Assembly: GCA_011375175.1 (NCBI GenBank)
Contig: DRME01000072.1
Location: 1,782 to 65,781, forward strand
Reading direction: 5' to 3'
Length of the DNA: 64,000 nt
Source: Deltaproteobacteria bacterium
Lineage (GTDB): Bacteria; Desulfobacterota; GWC2-55-46; DRME01
The notes beneath the pieces were generated by a model, which had not been told where the DNA came from, did not search any database, and worked only from the letters and a program-made list of their open reading frames with translations. A program made the translations under genes and the position numbers. Positions within the stretch are counted from its first letter, which is position 1; the number at the start of each line of letters is the position of its first letter. Below are positions 8,346 to 17,039 of the stretch, one piece after another.

Positions 8346-10745
8346 ATGAAAGGCATCCTCCAAATAGCTGTCGGTTTGCCTGTGACCCGTGAAGGTTCCC
8401 CGCCCGGCCGCCTGCCGCGCAGTCTCGCGGCGACACTGGTGGCCGCAGCGGTCCTTCTCTTCACGGCGGCGGACCTGTCCGCCCCGCCGAGCGCATGGGC
8501 GTCGGTGTCGGCCCGTCACGGCGACGAGGTTTCGTCGCAGAGAGTCGAGATCGACAGCATCGCCATACTCCCCTTCGAGAACCTCACCGACTACCCCGGC
8601 GCTTCGAAGCTCGTGGCGGACATGGTCGCTCAGGAGATCGGGCGCAGGGGCTGGCGCGTGGTCTCCGGCGCCAGGCTCGTCGACGAGTACCTGGCCAAGA
8701 GACGCATCCGCTACACCGGCGCCATCACGAGGACCAGCGTGCGCGAGATGCGCAAGATCTTCGGCATCGACGCCGTGCTGCTCGGATCGATAGACCTCTT
8801 TTCCGCAGAGGGGCGCGACTCGGCGGTGAGCATCAACATGAGGCTCGTCAACACCGTCGACGGCTCCATCATGTGGGCCGATAACCTCGCCTACGCCGGG
8901 CTCGACTTCCAGGGCATACTCGGCCTCGGGACGATCACCTCGCCGGAAACACTCTCGGAGAGGATCGTGCACCGCCTCGTCGCCGGTCTGCCCGACAGCT
9001 ACGCCGTCGAGCTCTCGGAGCTGAGTCCCTACGAGATAGAGAAGATATACCTGAACCCCAAGGTGGCCAAGGGGGGGCAGCCCATCGACCTGCGCGTGAG
9101 GTTTCTGAGCCTCAAGGGCGAGCTGCCCGCGGCGGTCACGGCCGTCATCGACGGCCGCCAGACCGAGCTGCGCCGCTCTCGCGGCGGCTACTACGACGCC
9201 GAGATACCGGCCCCCCGGCGGGAGGGGCTCTATCCGGTGACCATAATCGCCCGCCCCAGGGACTCCCATAAGGCCTTCGTCTTCGACGCCGCCGCCCAGG
9301 TGAGCGTGGACACAACTCCGCCCGACGTGGACGTCTCCCTCTCCAGGACGATCTTCGCCCCCAGAAGGCGCGGCTACGTCATCTTCACGCCCAGGCTCAA
9401 CAACTTCGACATCGTCGACGAATGGAAGATGGAGATACTCGACGCCGACGGCCTCGTCATCAGAAACGACAGGGGCTTCGGCAGTCTCCCCAAGGGGCTC
9501 GTCTGGAAGGGCGAGACCGACAAGAGGCGCATGGTCGACGACGGCACCTACACCTACAGGTTCATCATCAAGGACCCGGCGGGCAACACGAGCACCGTCG
9601 ACGGCAAGCTCCAGGTCAAGAACAAGCCGCCCGACATCAAGGTCGACGTCGACAAGGTGAGGGGGCCCGTCAGGGCGAAGGACAAGCTCATATTCGGCTT
9701 CAACTACGAGGGGCGCGAGAGGGTCAGGTCCTGGCGGCTCACCATAAACGACAAGGACGGCCGGGTGATCGACATCATCGACGGCGAGGGCCCCCTGCCC
9801 GAGCGGCTCGACTATCCCCTCAAGGCCGGGCTCGACGTGGAGAGGATGACCTGCTCCGTATCGGTCGTCGACAGCGACGGCAACGTCACAAAGCTCTCCA
9901 ACGTGTGGATAGACCTCGACAGAGGCGAAGAAGAGGGCGGGCTCATCTTCTCCTTCAGGTACGACCGCAGCGAGGAGATAAGCGCCTGGAGACTCGCCAT
10001 ACTCGACGCCTCGGGCGCCGAAATCGACGTCATCGACGGCGAGGGCCCCCTGCCCGAGCGCCTCGAATACCCCCTGAAGGAGGGGGTGGACGCAAGCGGG
10101 CTCTCCTTCGTGGTGACGGCCGTCGACAAGGTCGGCAACCCCATGAGGCTCACCAACATCAAGGTTGAGGACCGGGTCTCCGACAAGCTCATCTTCTCGT
10201 TCAACTACGACACGAGCGAGCCCATAGAGTCGTGGCGGATATCCATACTCGGCGAGGACGGCGAGGTCCTCGACGTCATCGACGGCGAGGGGCCCCTGCC
10301 CCGGCAAATCGAGTACCCCGTGGCTCCGGGCGTTGACGCGACGAACCTCGCCTATTCGGTGACGGCCACAGACAGGGCCGGCAACCCCTTCAAGCTCGAC
10401 AAGGTCAAGGTCGACGTGGAGGAGCTGCGCAAGTTCGTCAGGGACAAGCTCATCTTCTCCTTCGACTACGACCCGCAGGAGAAGATAGAGCGCTGGCAGA
10501 TCGCCATCCAGGACCTCGACGGCCGGATACTCGACATAATAGACGGAAAAGGAGCGCTTCCATCGCGGGTCGAGTACCCCGTGGGCCGGGACTACGACCT
10601 CAGCAAGATGGCCTTTGTCGTGACGGCCACCGACAAGGCCGGCAATCCCTTCAAGTATTCCAAGGCGCTGCCCACGATCCTCTCACGCAAGCGACCCTTT
10701 GCCGAACTGCGCGGCGACGGCGGTTTCATGATGAAGGATTTCTGA
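8346..10745 (+). CDS. Large lipoprotein: N-terminal TolB-N/LpoB-like domain (paralog 2) followed by 5 tandem FlgD-Ig-like (about 80 aa) repeats
   Basis: IDSIAILPFENLTDYPGASKLVADMVAQEIGRRGWRVV...AVLLGSIDLFSAEG...INMRLVNTVDGSIMWA. Then repeats of KLIFSFNYD...W(R/Q)(L/I)xIxDxDGxxIDxIDGEGPLPxRxEYPxxxGxD...V(T/S)AxDKAGNPxKL, four clear copies plus one degenerate copy containing DGTYTYRFIIKDPAGN. Confidence 0.65.
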   Translation: MKGILQIAVGLPVTREGSPPGRLPRSLAATLVAAAVLLFTAADLSAPPSAWASVSARHGDEVSSQRVEIDSIAILPFENLTDYPGASKLVADMVAQEIGRRGWRVVSGARLVDEYLAKRRIRYTGAITRTSVREMRKIFGIDAVLLGSIDLFSAEGRDSAVSINMRLVNTVDGSIMWADNLAYAGLDFQGILGLGTITSPETLSERIVHRLVAGLPDSYAVELSELSPYEIEKIYLNPKVAKGGQPIDLRVRFLSLKGELPAAVTAVIDGRQTELRRSRGGYYDAEIPAPRREGLYPVTIIARPRDSHKAFVFDAAAQVSVDTTPPDVDVSLSRTIFAPRRRGYVIFTPRLNNFDIVDEWKMEILDADGLVIRNDRGFGSLPKGLVWKGETDKRRMVDDGTYTYRFIIKDPAGNTSTVDGKLQVKNKPPDIKVDVDKVRGPVRAKDKLIFGFNYEGRERVRSWRLTINDKDGRVIDIIDGEGPLPERLDYPLKAGLDVERMTCSVSVVDSDGNVTKLSNVWIDLDRGEEEGGLIFSFRYDRSEEISAWRLAILDASGAEIDVIDGEGPLPERLEYPLKEGVDASGLSFVVTAVDKVGNPMRLTNIKVEDRVSDKLIFSFNYDTSEPIESWRISILGEDGEVLDVIDGEGPLPRQIEYPVAPGVDATNLAYSVTATDRAGNPFKLDKVKVDVEELRKFVRDKLIFSFDYDPQEKIERWQIAIQDLDGRILDIIDGKGALPSRVEYPVGRDYDLSKMAFVVTATDKAGNPFKYSKALPTILSRKRPFAELRGDGGFMMKDF

Positions 10746-10749
10746 TTAG

Positions 10750-11964
10750 ATGAAAAGAAGAGCGTCGAAGTTCACTTTCAAGGTTCTTCCCTTCACCGTC
10801 ATCCTCTCCATCTTTGCCATGTCACCAGTGATAAGCGGCGACGGGCTGGCGCAGCCCAGGGGCGGCGACTGCCGCCGCTGCCATGCCGGTCCCGAAGCGC
10901 GCAAGCGCGGTCTCGTCGACATCTACGGCAGGATCGCCTCGTACCGCTTCCCCCATACGCCGGTCATCCAGGGCAACTGCACGATCTGCCACCGCGTCAG
11001 CACCTCTCCGTCGAGACGCTTCGGCGCCGCGGCGGGCGGGACGAAGACGATCAAGGGACCCGGCGGGCTGAGAAGACGCTACATACCCGTGGCCGCCGAC
11101 AAGGCCGGCTCGACCTACAGGGTGGACCTCACCATCGAGGACGAGCGCGGCCGCGTCATCGGTAAGGCCGGCTTCGACCTCGACCCCCGGTCCGTGAGCA
11201 GCTCGCTTAAGGACGACGGCCGGGAGCCCAGGGCGACGGACGTCAAAGTGGTGGGGGTGAAGCAGGCCGTCTTCATCGAGTCGGTGATCGACTGGAAGAC
11301 CGACAAGGCCGCGACCTCGTACATCGAGTACGGCCCCCGCGACGCCGTGGTCCTGGAGAGATCGCCCGCGCCGCAGGTCTACTCCAAGGAGCACAGGGCC
11401 GTCCTCAAGGGCCTCAAGGCCGAGGTCTACCGCTTCCGCGTCGTCTCCACCGACATCTTCGGCAACAGGGGCGTCTCCAAGGAGTACATCCTCGACGCCA
11501 GAAAGCCCAGGCGCCTGCGGGAGAAGAGAAACCCCGGCGGCGGGTTGGAGAAGCCCTCGCTTCGAGCGGAAGACTTCGTCAAGGTCCCGGCAACGGGCCT
11601 GATCCACCTGCTCGTCAGGACCAGGAGACCGTCGCGGGCCGTCGTGCGCGTCTCGGAGGCGGGCGCCCCGGCCGCGGGCCCGGGAGCCGCTGCCGGAGGA
11701 CACGGCGCGACGGGGAGCAGGAGCCGATACGTCCAGATCGACGCCTGCCTCAAGTGCCACTCCGACGGCGTATCGCACCCCGTGGCCGTAAGAAGCGACG
11801 GCAGAAAGACGCGCATCCCGCCGAACCTGCCGACCATCGAGCACGGCCTCCTGACGTGTGTAACCTGCCACTATCCTCACGGCGGCGACGCGAGGCACTT
11901 TTCGAGGCTCGACAAGAACAGGGACCTCTGCGTAGAATGCCACATCGGCGAGCCTTTTATGTGA
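10750..11964 (+). CDS. Secreted multiheme c-type cytochrome (5 CxxCH)
   Basis: Signal peptide MKRRASKFTFKVLPFTVILSIFAMSPVISG. Heme motifs CRRCH, CTICH, CLKCH, CVTCH, CVECH. The central region is beta-rich (Ig/FN3-like). Confidence 0.75.
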   Translation: MKRRASKFTFKVLPFTVILSIFAMSPVISGDGLAQPRGGDCRRCHAGPEARKRGLVDIYGRIASYRFPHTPVIQGNCTICHRVSTSPSRRFGAAAGGTKTIKGPGGLRRRYIPVAADKAGSTYRVDLTIEDERGRVIGKAGFDLDPRSVSSSLKDDGREPRATDVKVVGVKQAVFIESVIDWKTDKAATSYIEYGPRDAVVLERSPAPQVYSKEHRAVLKGLKAEVYRFRVVSTDIFGNRGVSKEYILDARKPRRLREKRNPGGGLEKPSLRAEDFVKVPATGLIHLLVRTRRPSRAVVRVSEAGAPAAGPGAAAGGHGATGSRSRYVQIDACLKCHSDGVSHPVAVRSDGRKTRIPPNLPTIEHGLLTCVTCHYPHGGDARHFSRLDKNRDLCVECHIGEPFM

Positions 11965-12013
11965 CACCACGATGGCGGAGCCGTGTCCACTTCAATAAAA
12001 GGCGGTATGGCAA

Positions 12014-12577
12014 ATGGAAGACAGGGTTAAAGACAGAAGGCGCATGTTGAACTTCAGCATAAAGCGTGCCATGCAACTGAGGATCTTCGCCAGGATAATG
12101 ATCATAGTGCTCTGCTCCGTGGCCGCCACATCCATCGTCTTCTATCTCTACAGCTACCAGGAGATATCGGGCTCCTACAGGCAGTTCCACGTGCAGGCCA
12201 GGAACTTCCTCGACTACCTCCTGCCGGTCATCGGCATATCGCTTGTGCTCGGCGTCGCGGCGGCCGCGGTGCTGACGCTCTTTTTCCCGCGCAACATAGC
12301 GGGACCGGTCTACAGGCTGGAAAAGGACATAAAGGAGAGGCTGGCCAGGGGGGACCTGACCGTCAGGTTCAGACTCCGCGAGGGCGACGAACTCACCGAT
12401 CTCGTGACGGCCCTCAACGAGGTGGTCGACAACTTCAGGGAGAGGCTCGCCGAGGTGAAGTCGGCGGCGAGGGAACTGGAGGGGCTGCGCGCCGGAGGCG
12501 GCGGAGCGGAGACTGACACCAGGCTCGCCGACGTGGAGAGCCGCCTGAGGGAGACACTGAAAGAATTCAAGCTATGA
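12014..12577 (+). CDS. Small membrane protein with two TM helices and a HAMP-like coiled-coil domain
   Basis: IFARIMIIVLCSVAATSIVFYLY and LLPVIGISLVLGVAAAAVLTLFF helices, followed by NIAGPVYRLEKDIKERLARGDLTVRFRLREGDELTDLVTALNEVVDNF (HAMP signature). The start could alternatively be the ATG near 12044. Confidence 0.55.
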   Translation: MEDRVKDRRRMLNFSIKRAMQLRIFARIMIIVLCSVAATSIVFYLYSYQEISGSYRQFHVQARNFLDYLLPVIGISLVLGVAAAAVLTLFFPRNIAGPVYRLEKDIKERLARGDLTVRFRLREGDELTDLVTALNEVVDNFRERLAEVKSAARELEGLRAGGGGAETDTRLADVESRLRETLKEFKL

Positions 12578-13143
12578 GACGCGTATTCTCCGCCGCCTGC
12601 CTCGCCGTCCTCGTCGTCTCCCTGCTTTCAGTCTCCGCCGGCTGCTACGCCCGCCGGGCAAGGGTGCCGCGGCCGGACCTCTCGGCCATACACAAGATAG
12701 CCGTCATCCCCTTCAGCAATATAAGCGGCAGGCGCGACGCCGGCCGCATAGTCTCCAACATATTCATCACCGAGCTCTTCAAGACCGGCCTCTTCGACGT
12801 GGAAGAGCCCGGCAACGTCATGCAGTTTCTCATTCAGGAACGCATAGACAGCCTCGGCGAGATGGAGCTGGACAGGGTGCGGATACTCGGCAAGCGGCTC
12901 AACGTGGACGCCGTCATAGTGGGCCAGGTCGAGGAGTTCGAGGACGCCTCCAAGAGTTCGTCGGTGCCCGTGGTCTCGCTCTCGGCGAGGATGATCGACT
13001 CCGCCACGGGCAGGATCGTCTGGTCGCACCACGTCAAGCGCCGGGGCGACGACTTCATAATAATCTTCGACTTCGGCAAGATAAGGACCGTGACCGGTCT
13101 TGCCGGAACCGTCGTGAGAGAGATGATAGAGACCCTCATTTGA
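12574..13143 (+). CDS. Lipoprotein with TolB-N/LpoB/CsgG-like domain (paralog 3 of 3)
   Basis: MRRVFSAACLAVLVVSLLSVSAGC lipobox. HKIAVIPFSNISGRRDAGRIVSNIFITELFK...VDAVIVGQVEEFED...SLSARMIDSATGRIVWSH. The ATGA start/stop overlap with the upstream HAMP gene. Confidence 0.65.
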   Translation: MRRVFSAACLAVLVVSLLSVSAGCYARRARVPRPDLSAIHKIAVIPFSNISGRRDAGRIVSNIFITELFKTGLFDVEEPGNVMQFLIQERIDSLGEMELDRVRILGKRLNVDAVIVGQVEEFEDASKSSSVPVVSLSARMIDSATGRIVWSHHVKRRGDDFIIIFDFGKIRTVTGLAGTVVREMIETLI

Positions 13144-13484
13144 CGGCGCGAACGCCGGGGAGGGAGTCAAGAAATCCCTGGAAAAGGCCGGCGCTCTTGT
13201 GTTAAGTTTTACAGTCGAACCGGCCGCGCGGGGCGTGAAGGTCTGGAAAGCCGCCAGCCAGGTCATACCCGGGGTGAGAGTTCTGCAATCGAACCGGCCG
13301 TCCGGGGCGCGAAGGGGCGTGAAGGGGAAAGGCCGCGGTCACGGAAGCCCGGGGCCTTGGGGGTTCGCGCAGGGACCACGCAGCCTTCCGAGCCAGACGG
13401 CCGCCATGCAGCCGTGGGCCGCTGGCGCGCAAAGCCCGCGGCGCTTGCCCCGCGTCGGACGGAGCCGGCAAGTCTTCCCGGCCC

Positions 13485-15038
13485 ATGGTCACGGATAGAA
13501 GGCGTCCGCCGGGGCTCTTCGACGGCATACCGGCGGACGGGAACTTTCAGGCGGCCTCCGCCGTCCGGTCCGCCGCATCAAGGGAGATCGTGAACAGCTT
13601 CGCACTCTTTGCAAGGTTTCTTGTCGTCCTGACGGTCCTTCTGCTTCCGGGCCGCTCTTTCGGGTTCTGGCCCTTTTCCTCGCCCCGGGAGCCCTACCTC
13701 GCCAAGGTGGGCGAGAAGGTCATAACGACCGGGGAGTTCGTCGAGGCCGTAAACAAGCTCCATACGTCTAACCGCGTCGGCAAGGCCCTGGCCGAAAGCC
13801 ACGACAAATCCTTCACAAAACAGAACTACCGCGCCTTCCTCGACGAGATGATAGACAAAAAGCTCATCATCCTCGACAGCGAGAGTCTCGGTCTTGACGA
13901 GGGGGCGCTCTTCAGAAGCAGGTACGACACCTTCCGGCTCAACCTCTTTCTCGAAAGGCTCCGCCAGGAAGAGGTGCTCGACAAGGTGACCGTCACCGAC
14001 GACGAGGTCAAGGCCCGTTTCTTCGAACGGCTCCGCAAGGCCGAAGAGGAGCGCAGGAAGAAGGCCGAGGAGGAGGGGGAGGAAGAAAAGGAGCAGCCCG
14101 AGGAGACCAAGACCCCGGAAGAGAGGTTCGAGGCCCTCCCGGCGGTGGAGAAGGGCAACATCTGGCGCGAGATTTACAGGGAGAAGGTTTCGGCCAGGGA
14201 GAAGGAGTACTTCGAGGCCGTCAAGTCCAAGGCCCAGGTGGTCGTCTACGAAGAGAACCTCGAGGATATCTCCCTCGACGACCCGGACCTGGGCGAGAGG
14301 GTCGTGGCCGAGGTGGACGGCGACCCAATCTACGCCGTGGAGCTCGTAAACCGTGACAGCGTGCCCGGCCCGGAGCAGATGCGCCGCCGCCTCGACGCGC
14401 TCATACTCCACCGCGCCCTCGACCACGAGGCCCTCTCAAGGGGCTACGAGGAGGACGAAGAGGTCCGCAAAAAGCTTGCCGCCTACAGGGAAAAGCTCCT
14501 CGTCGACATCTTCAAGCGCGAGATCATACGCCCCCTCGTGGTCATCACCGACGAGGAGGTGAAGAAGTTCTACGAGGAGAACAAGCAGCGCTACCGCAAG
14601 CCCGATGAGGTGGACTTCAGGATCATCATCGTCGAGACCGAGGACGAGGCCCTCTCGCTCCTCGAAGAGCTGCGCAAGGGGGCCGACTTCGCCTATCTCG
14701 CCAAGAAGCGCTCCATAGACTCCTCTGCCGAGAAGGGCGGGCTCATGACGTCGGTGCCGGTCAACGTCTTTGCGCGGGAGATATACACCCTCTTCTACAG
14801 GTCCCACAAGGGCGATATCCTCGGTCCATTCACGCTCAACGGCAAGTACGCCATAATAAAGCTGCTGGAGATGAGCAAGGGCGAGTACGTGCCCGTTGAA
14901 AAGGTCAGGTCTTCCATCGTGAAGCGCCTGGGCAGGGAGAAGTTCGACGAGCAGCTCAACGCCTATGTGGCGCGTCTGCGAGAGCACGTCCCCATCGAGA
15001 TAAACGAGGACGAACTCAAGCGGATAAGCGGTGAGTGA
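13485..15038 (+). CDS. SurA/PpiD-like periplasmic chaperone with parvulin-type PPIase domain
   Basis: N-terminal SurA-like helical region (LAKVGEKVITTGEFVEAVNKL...) and a PPIC-type rotamase domain (DEVDFRIIIVETEDEALSLLEELRKGADFAYLAKKRSIDSSAEKGGLMTSVP...GDILGPFTLNGKYAIIKLLE). The start is uncertain; a signal-like segment FLVVLTVLLLPGRSFG lies a little downstream of 13485. Confidence 0.65.
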   Translation: MVTDRRRPPGLFDGIPADGNFQAASAVRSAASREIVNSFALFARFLVVLTVLLLPGRSFGFWPFSSPREPYLAKVGEKVITTGEFVEAVNKLHTSNRVGKALAESHDKSFTKQNYRAFLDEMIDKKLIILDSESLGLDEGALFRSRYDTFRLNLFLERLRQEEVLDKVTVTDDEVKARFFERLRKAEEERRKKAEEEGEEEKEQPEETKTPEERFEALPAVEKGNIWREIYREKVSAREKEYFEAVKSKAQVVVYEENLEDISLDDPDLGERVVAEVDGDPIYAVELVNRDSVPGPEQMRRRLDALILHRALDHEALSRGYEEDEEVRKKLAAYREKLLVDIFKREIIRPLVVITDEEVKKFYEENKQRYRKPDEVDFRIIIVETEDEALSLLEELRKGADFAYLAKKRSIDSSAEKGGLMTSVPVNVFAREIYTLFYRSHKGDILGPFTLNGKYAIIKLLEMSKGEYVPVEKVRSSIVKRLGREKFDEQLNAYVARLREHVPIEINEDELKRISGE

Positions 15039-17016
15039 GGAGGGAGAGTTGAGGATCTACAGGGTCTTGAGTCTTTTGCTCCTTGCCGTTGCGGTCGGCC
15101 TTGCCGGCGGGTGCGCGCCTCAGCCCAAAAAGGCCTTCAGGAAGCAGTGCGTCGACTGCCATCAGGCATCGCTCGACAAGTACAAGGCCGGAACCCTGCA
15201 CGCCCCGGTGGCGGAGAACAGGTGCGAGGAGTGCCACAAGCCCCACGGTCTTCTCGGCGGCCTGAGCCTGCGCTCCGACGGCGCGCCGCTGTGCTACCAG
15301 TGCCACGAGGGGCAGAAAAAGACGCTGGAGAAGAAGAGCGTCCACCGGCCCTTCGGGGACGGCAAGTGCCTCTTCTGTCACGACTCGCATTCGTCATACA
15401 GGGCGCCCGGCAGCAGGGGGCTTGTCAGCGCCGCGGGCAACGACCTCTGTTACCAGTGCCACGACAGGGACTCCTACAGCGGAGGCAAGACGGTCCACGG
15501 CGCGGTTGAGAAGGGTTGCATGAGCTGCCACGACCCCCACGCCTCGGACCTTCCCTTCGGACTCAGGGCCGAGGGCGACAGACTGTGCCTGGACTGCCAT
15601 GACCCCGGGGCCTCGGCCTTCCGCAGCGGCCACTCCGGTTACGACGTCGAGGGCACGGCCTGCCTGGCCTGTCACGAGCCCCATTCGACCGACAAGGACC
15701 GGCTCGTGAGGGCCTACGTCCACGAGCCTTTCGCAAGGCGTGCCTGCGCCGACTGCCACCGGGGACCGGACTCCAGCCCCCCCCTTGCCCTCAAGGTCGG
15801 CGGCGAGCGGCTATGCTACGAGTGCCACGACGAGCAGAGGGCCGAGTTCAACAGGACCCACAGCCACGAGCCCGTGGCCGGGGGGCGCTGCACGACCTGT
15901 CACGACCCCCATGTCTCCGACTACGAGAGCATCCTCTCAAGGCCCCAGAAAGAGCTCTGCTACGGCTGCCACACCGACTCGGCGGCCCGTCACGACAGGA
16001 AGTTCGTCCACGGCGTGGTGGAGGAGGGGAAGTGCTCGGCCTGCCACCTGCCCCACGGCTCGGACAACAGGATGATCCTCAAGGCCACGGGCGCGGCCCT
16101 CTGCTACGAGTGCCACTCCAGGGACGGCTTTGCCGACGCCGTGACGCACGCCCCCATACGCGAGGGCGACTGCCTCAACTGCCACGACCCCCACGCCTCG
16201 GACGAGCCGTCCCAGCTTACCGCGGCGCTTGGTCCGCTCTGCTACGGCTGCCACAGCGCCGAGAAGGAGCGCTTCACCAAGGTCTCCATGCACCCCAAGG
16301 TGAGGGAAGGGGCCTGCACGGCCTGCCACTCGCCCCACGCCTCTGCGAGGGAGGGGCTCCTCAAGAGCGGGCGCCGGGAGCTGTGCTTCACGTGTCATGA
16401 GAGCTACGCAAAGCTTCGGGACATGGCGGGAGAGCACCCCGTGGTGAGCCGCGGCGAGTGCCTCAGCTGTCACGACGCCCACGGCAGCGTGAACGCCATG
16501 CAGCTTCTGGCCGTGGACAGCTCGCTGTGCTACAAGTGCCACAAAGAGACGAAGGCCGCCTTCGACAGTGCGCCGACGAGGCACAGGCCCATATCGCAGG
16601 GCAGGTGCCTGGTCTGCCACATGCCCCACGGCAGCAAGATCGAGGGCTCGCTGCCCAGGCCGCTCGACGCGCTCTGCTACTCCTGTCACGACGGCCTCCA
16701 GGCAAGGCTCAAGGACATATCGCTCACCAGCCACAAGCCCGTCTCCGAGGGGCGGTGCGACAGTTGCCACGACCACCACGTCGGCGACAACGACAACCTC
16801 CTCGTCGCCACGGGCGCGGCCCTGTGCGTGGAGTGCCACGGCGAGCGCATGAAGACACCCGGGTACGCCGCGGCCCACGGAGGCATCCCGACCGAGGGGG
16901 TCGAGTGCCTCGGCTGTCACGAGCCCCACGCGGCCGAGGACGCCAAGCTGCTCCACAAGGTGAAGCATGAACCCTTCCGCAAGAGACTCTGCGAAAAGTG
17001 CCACCAGAAGCTTTGA
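15031..17016 (+). CDS. Giant multiheme c-type cytochrome, about 26 CxxCH motifs, of the doubled-CxxCH (paired CxxCH...CxxCH) type
   Basis: 661 aa. Signal peptide/lipobox-like LLLAVAVGLAGGC. CxxCH sites counted: CVDCH CEECH CYQCH CLFCH CYQCH CMSCH CLDCH CLACH CADCH CYECH CTTCH CYGCH CSACH CYECH CLNCH CYGCH CTACH CFTCH CLSCH CYKCH CLVCH CYSCH CDSCH CVECH CLGCH CEKCH. They form a regular repeat CxxCH-x(~10-15)-CxxCHxxH. The antisense ORFs 15016..15390 and 15937..17004 are artefacts. Confidence 0.85.
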   Translation: MSEEGELRIYRVLSLLLLAVAVGLAGGCAPQPKKAFRKQCVDCHQASLDKYKAGTLHAPVAENRCEECHKPHGLLGGLSLRSDGAPLCYQCHEGQKKTLEKKSVHRPFGDGKCLFCHDSHSSYRAPGSRGLVSAAGNDLCYQCHDRDSYSGGKTVHGAVEKGCMSCHDPHASDLPFGLRAEGDRLCLDCHDPGASAFRSGHSGYDVEGTACLACHEPHSTDKDRLVRAYVHEPFARRACADCHRGPDSSPPLALKVGGERLCYECHDEQRAEFNRTHSHEPVAGGRCTTCHDPHVSDYESILSRPQKELCYGCHTDSAARHDRKFVHGVVEEGKCSACHLPHGSDNRMILKATGAALCYECHSRDGFADAVTHAPIREGDCLNCHDPHASDEPSQLTAALGPLCYGCHSAEKERFTKVSMHPKVREGACTACHSPHASAREGLLKSGRRELCFTCHESYAKLRDMAGEHPVVSRGECLSCHDAHGSVNAMQLLAVDSSLCYKCHKETKAAFDSAPTRHRPISQGRCLVCHMPHGSKIEGSLPRPLDALCYSCHDGLQARLKDISLTSHKPVSEGRCDSCHDHHVGDNDNLLVATGAALCVECHGERMKTPGYAAAHGGIPTEGVECLGCHEPHAAEDAKLLHKVKHEPFRKRLCEKCHQKL

Positions 17017-17039
17017 GGGCGCAGTCGATGGTTAAGAGG

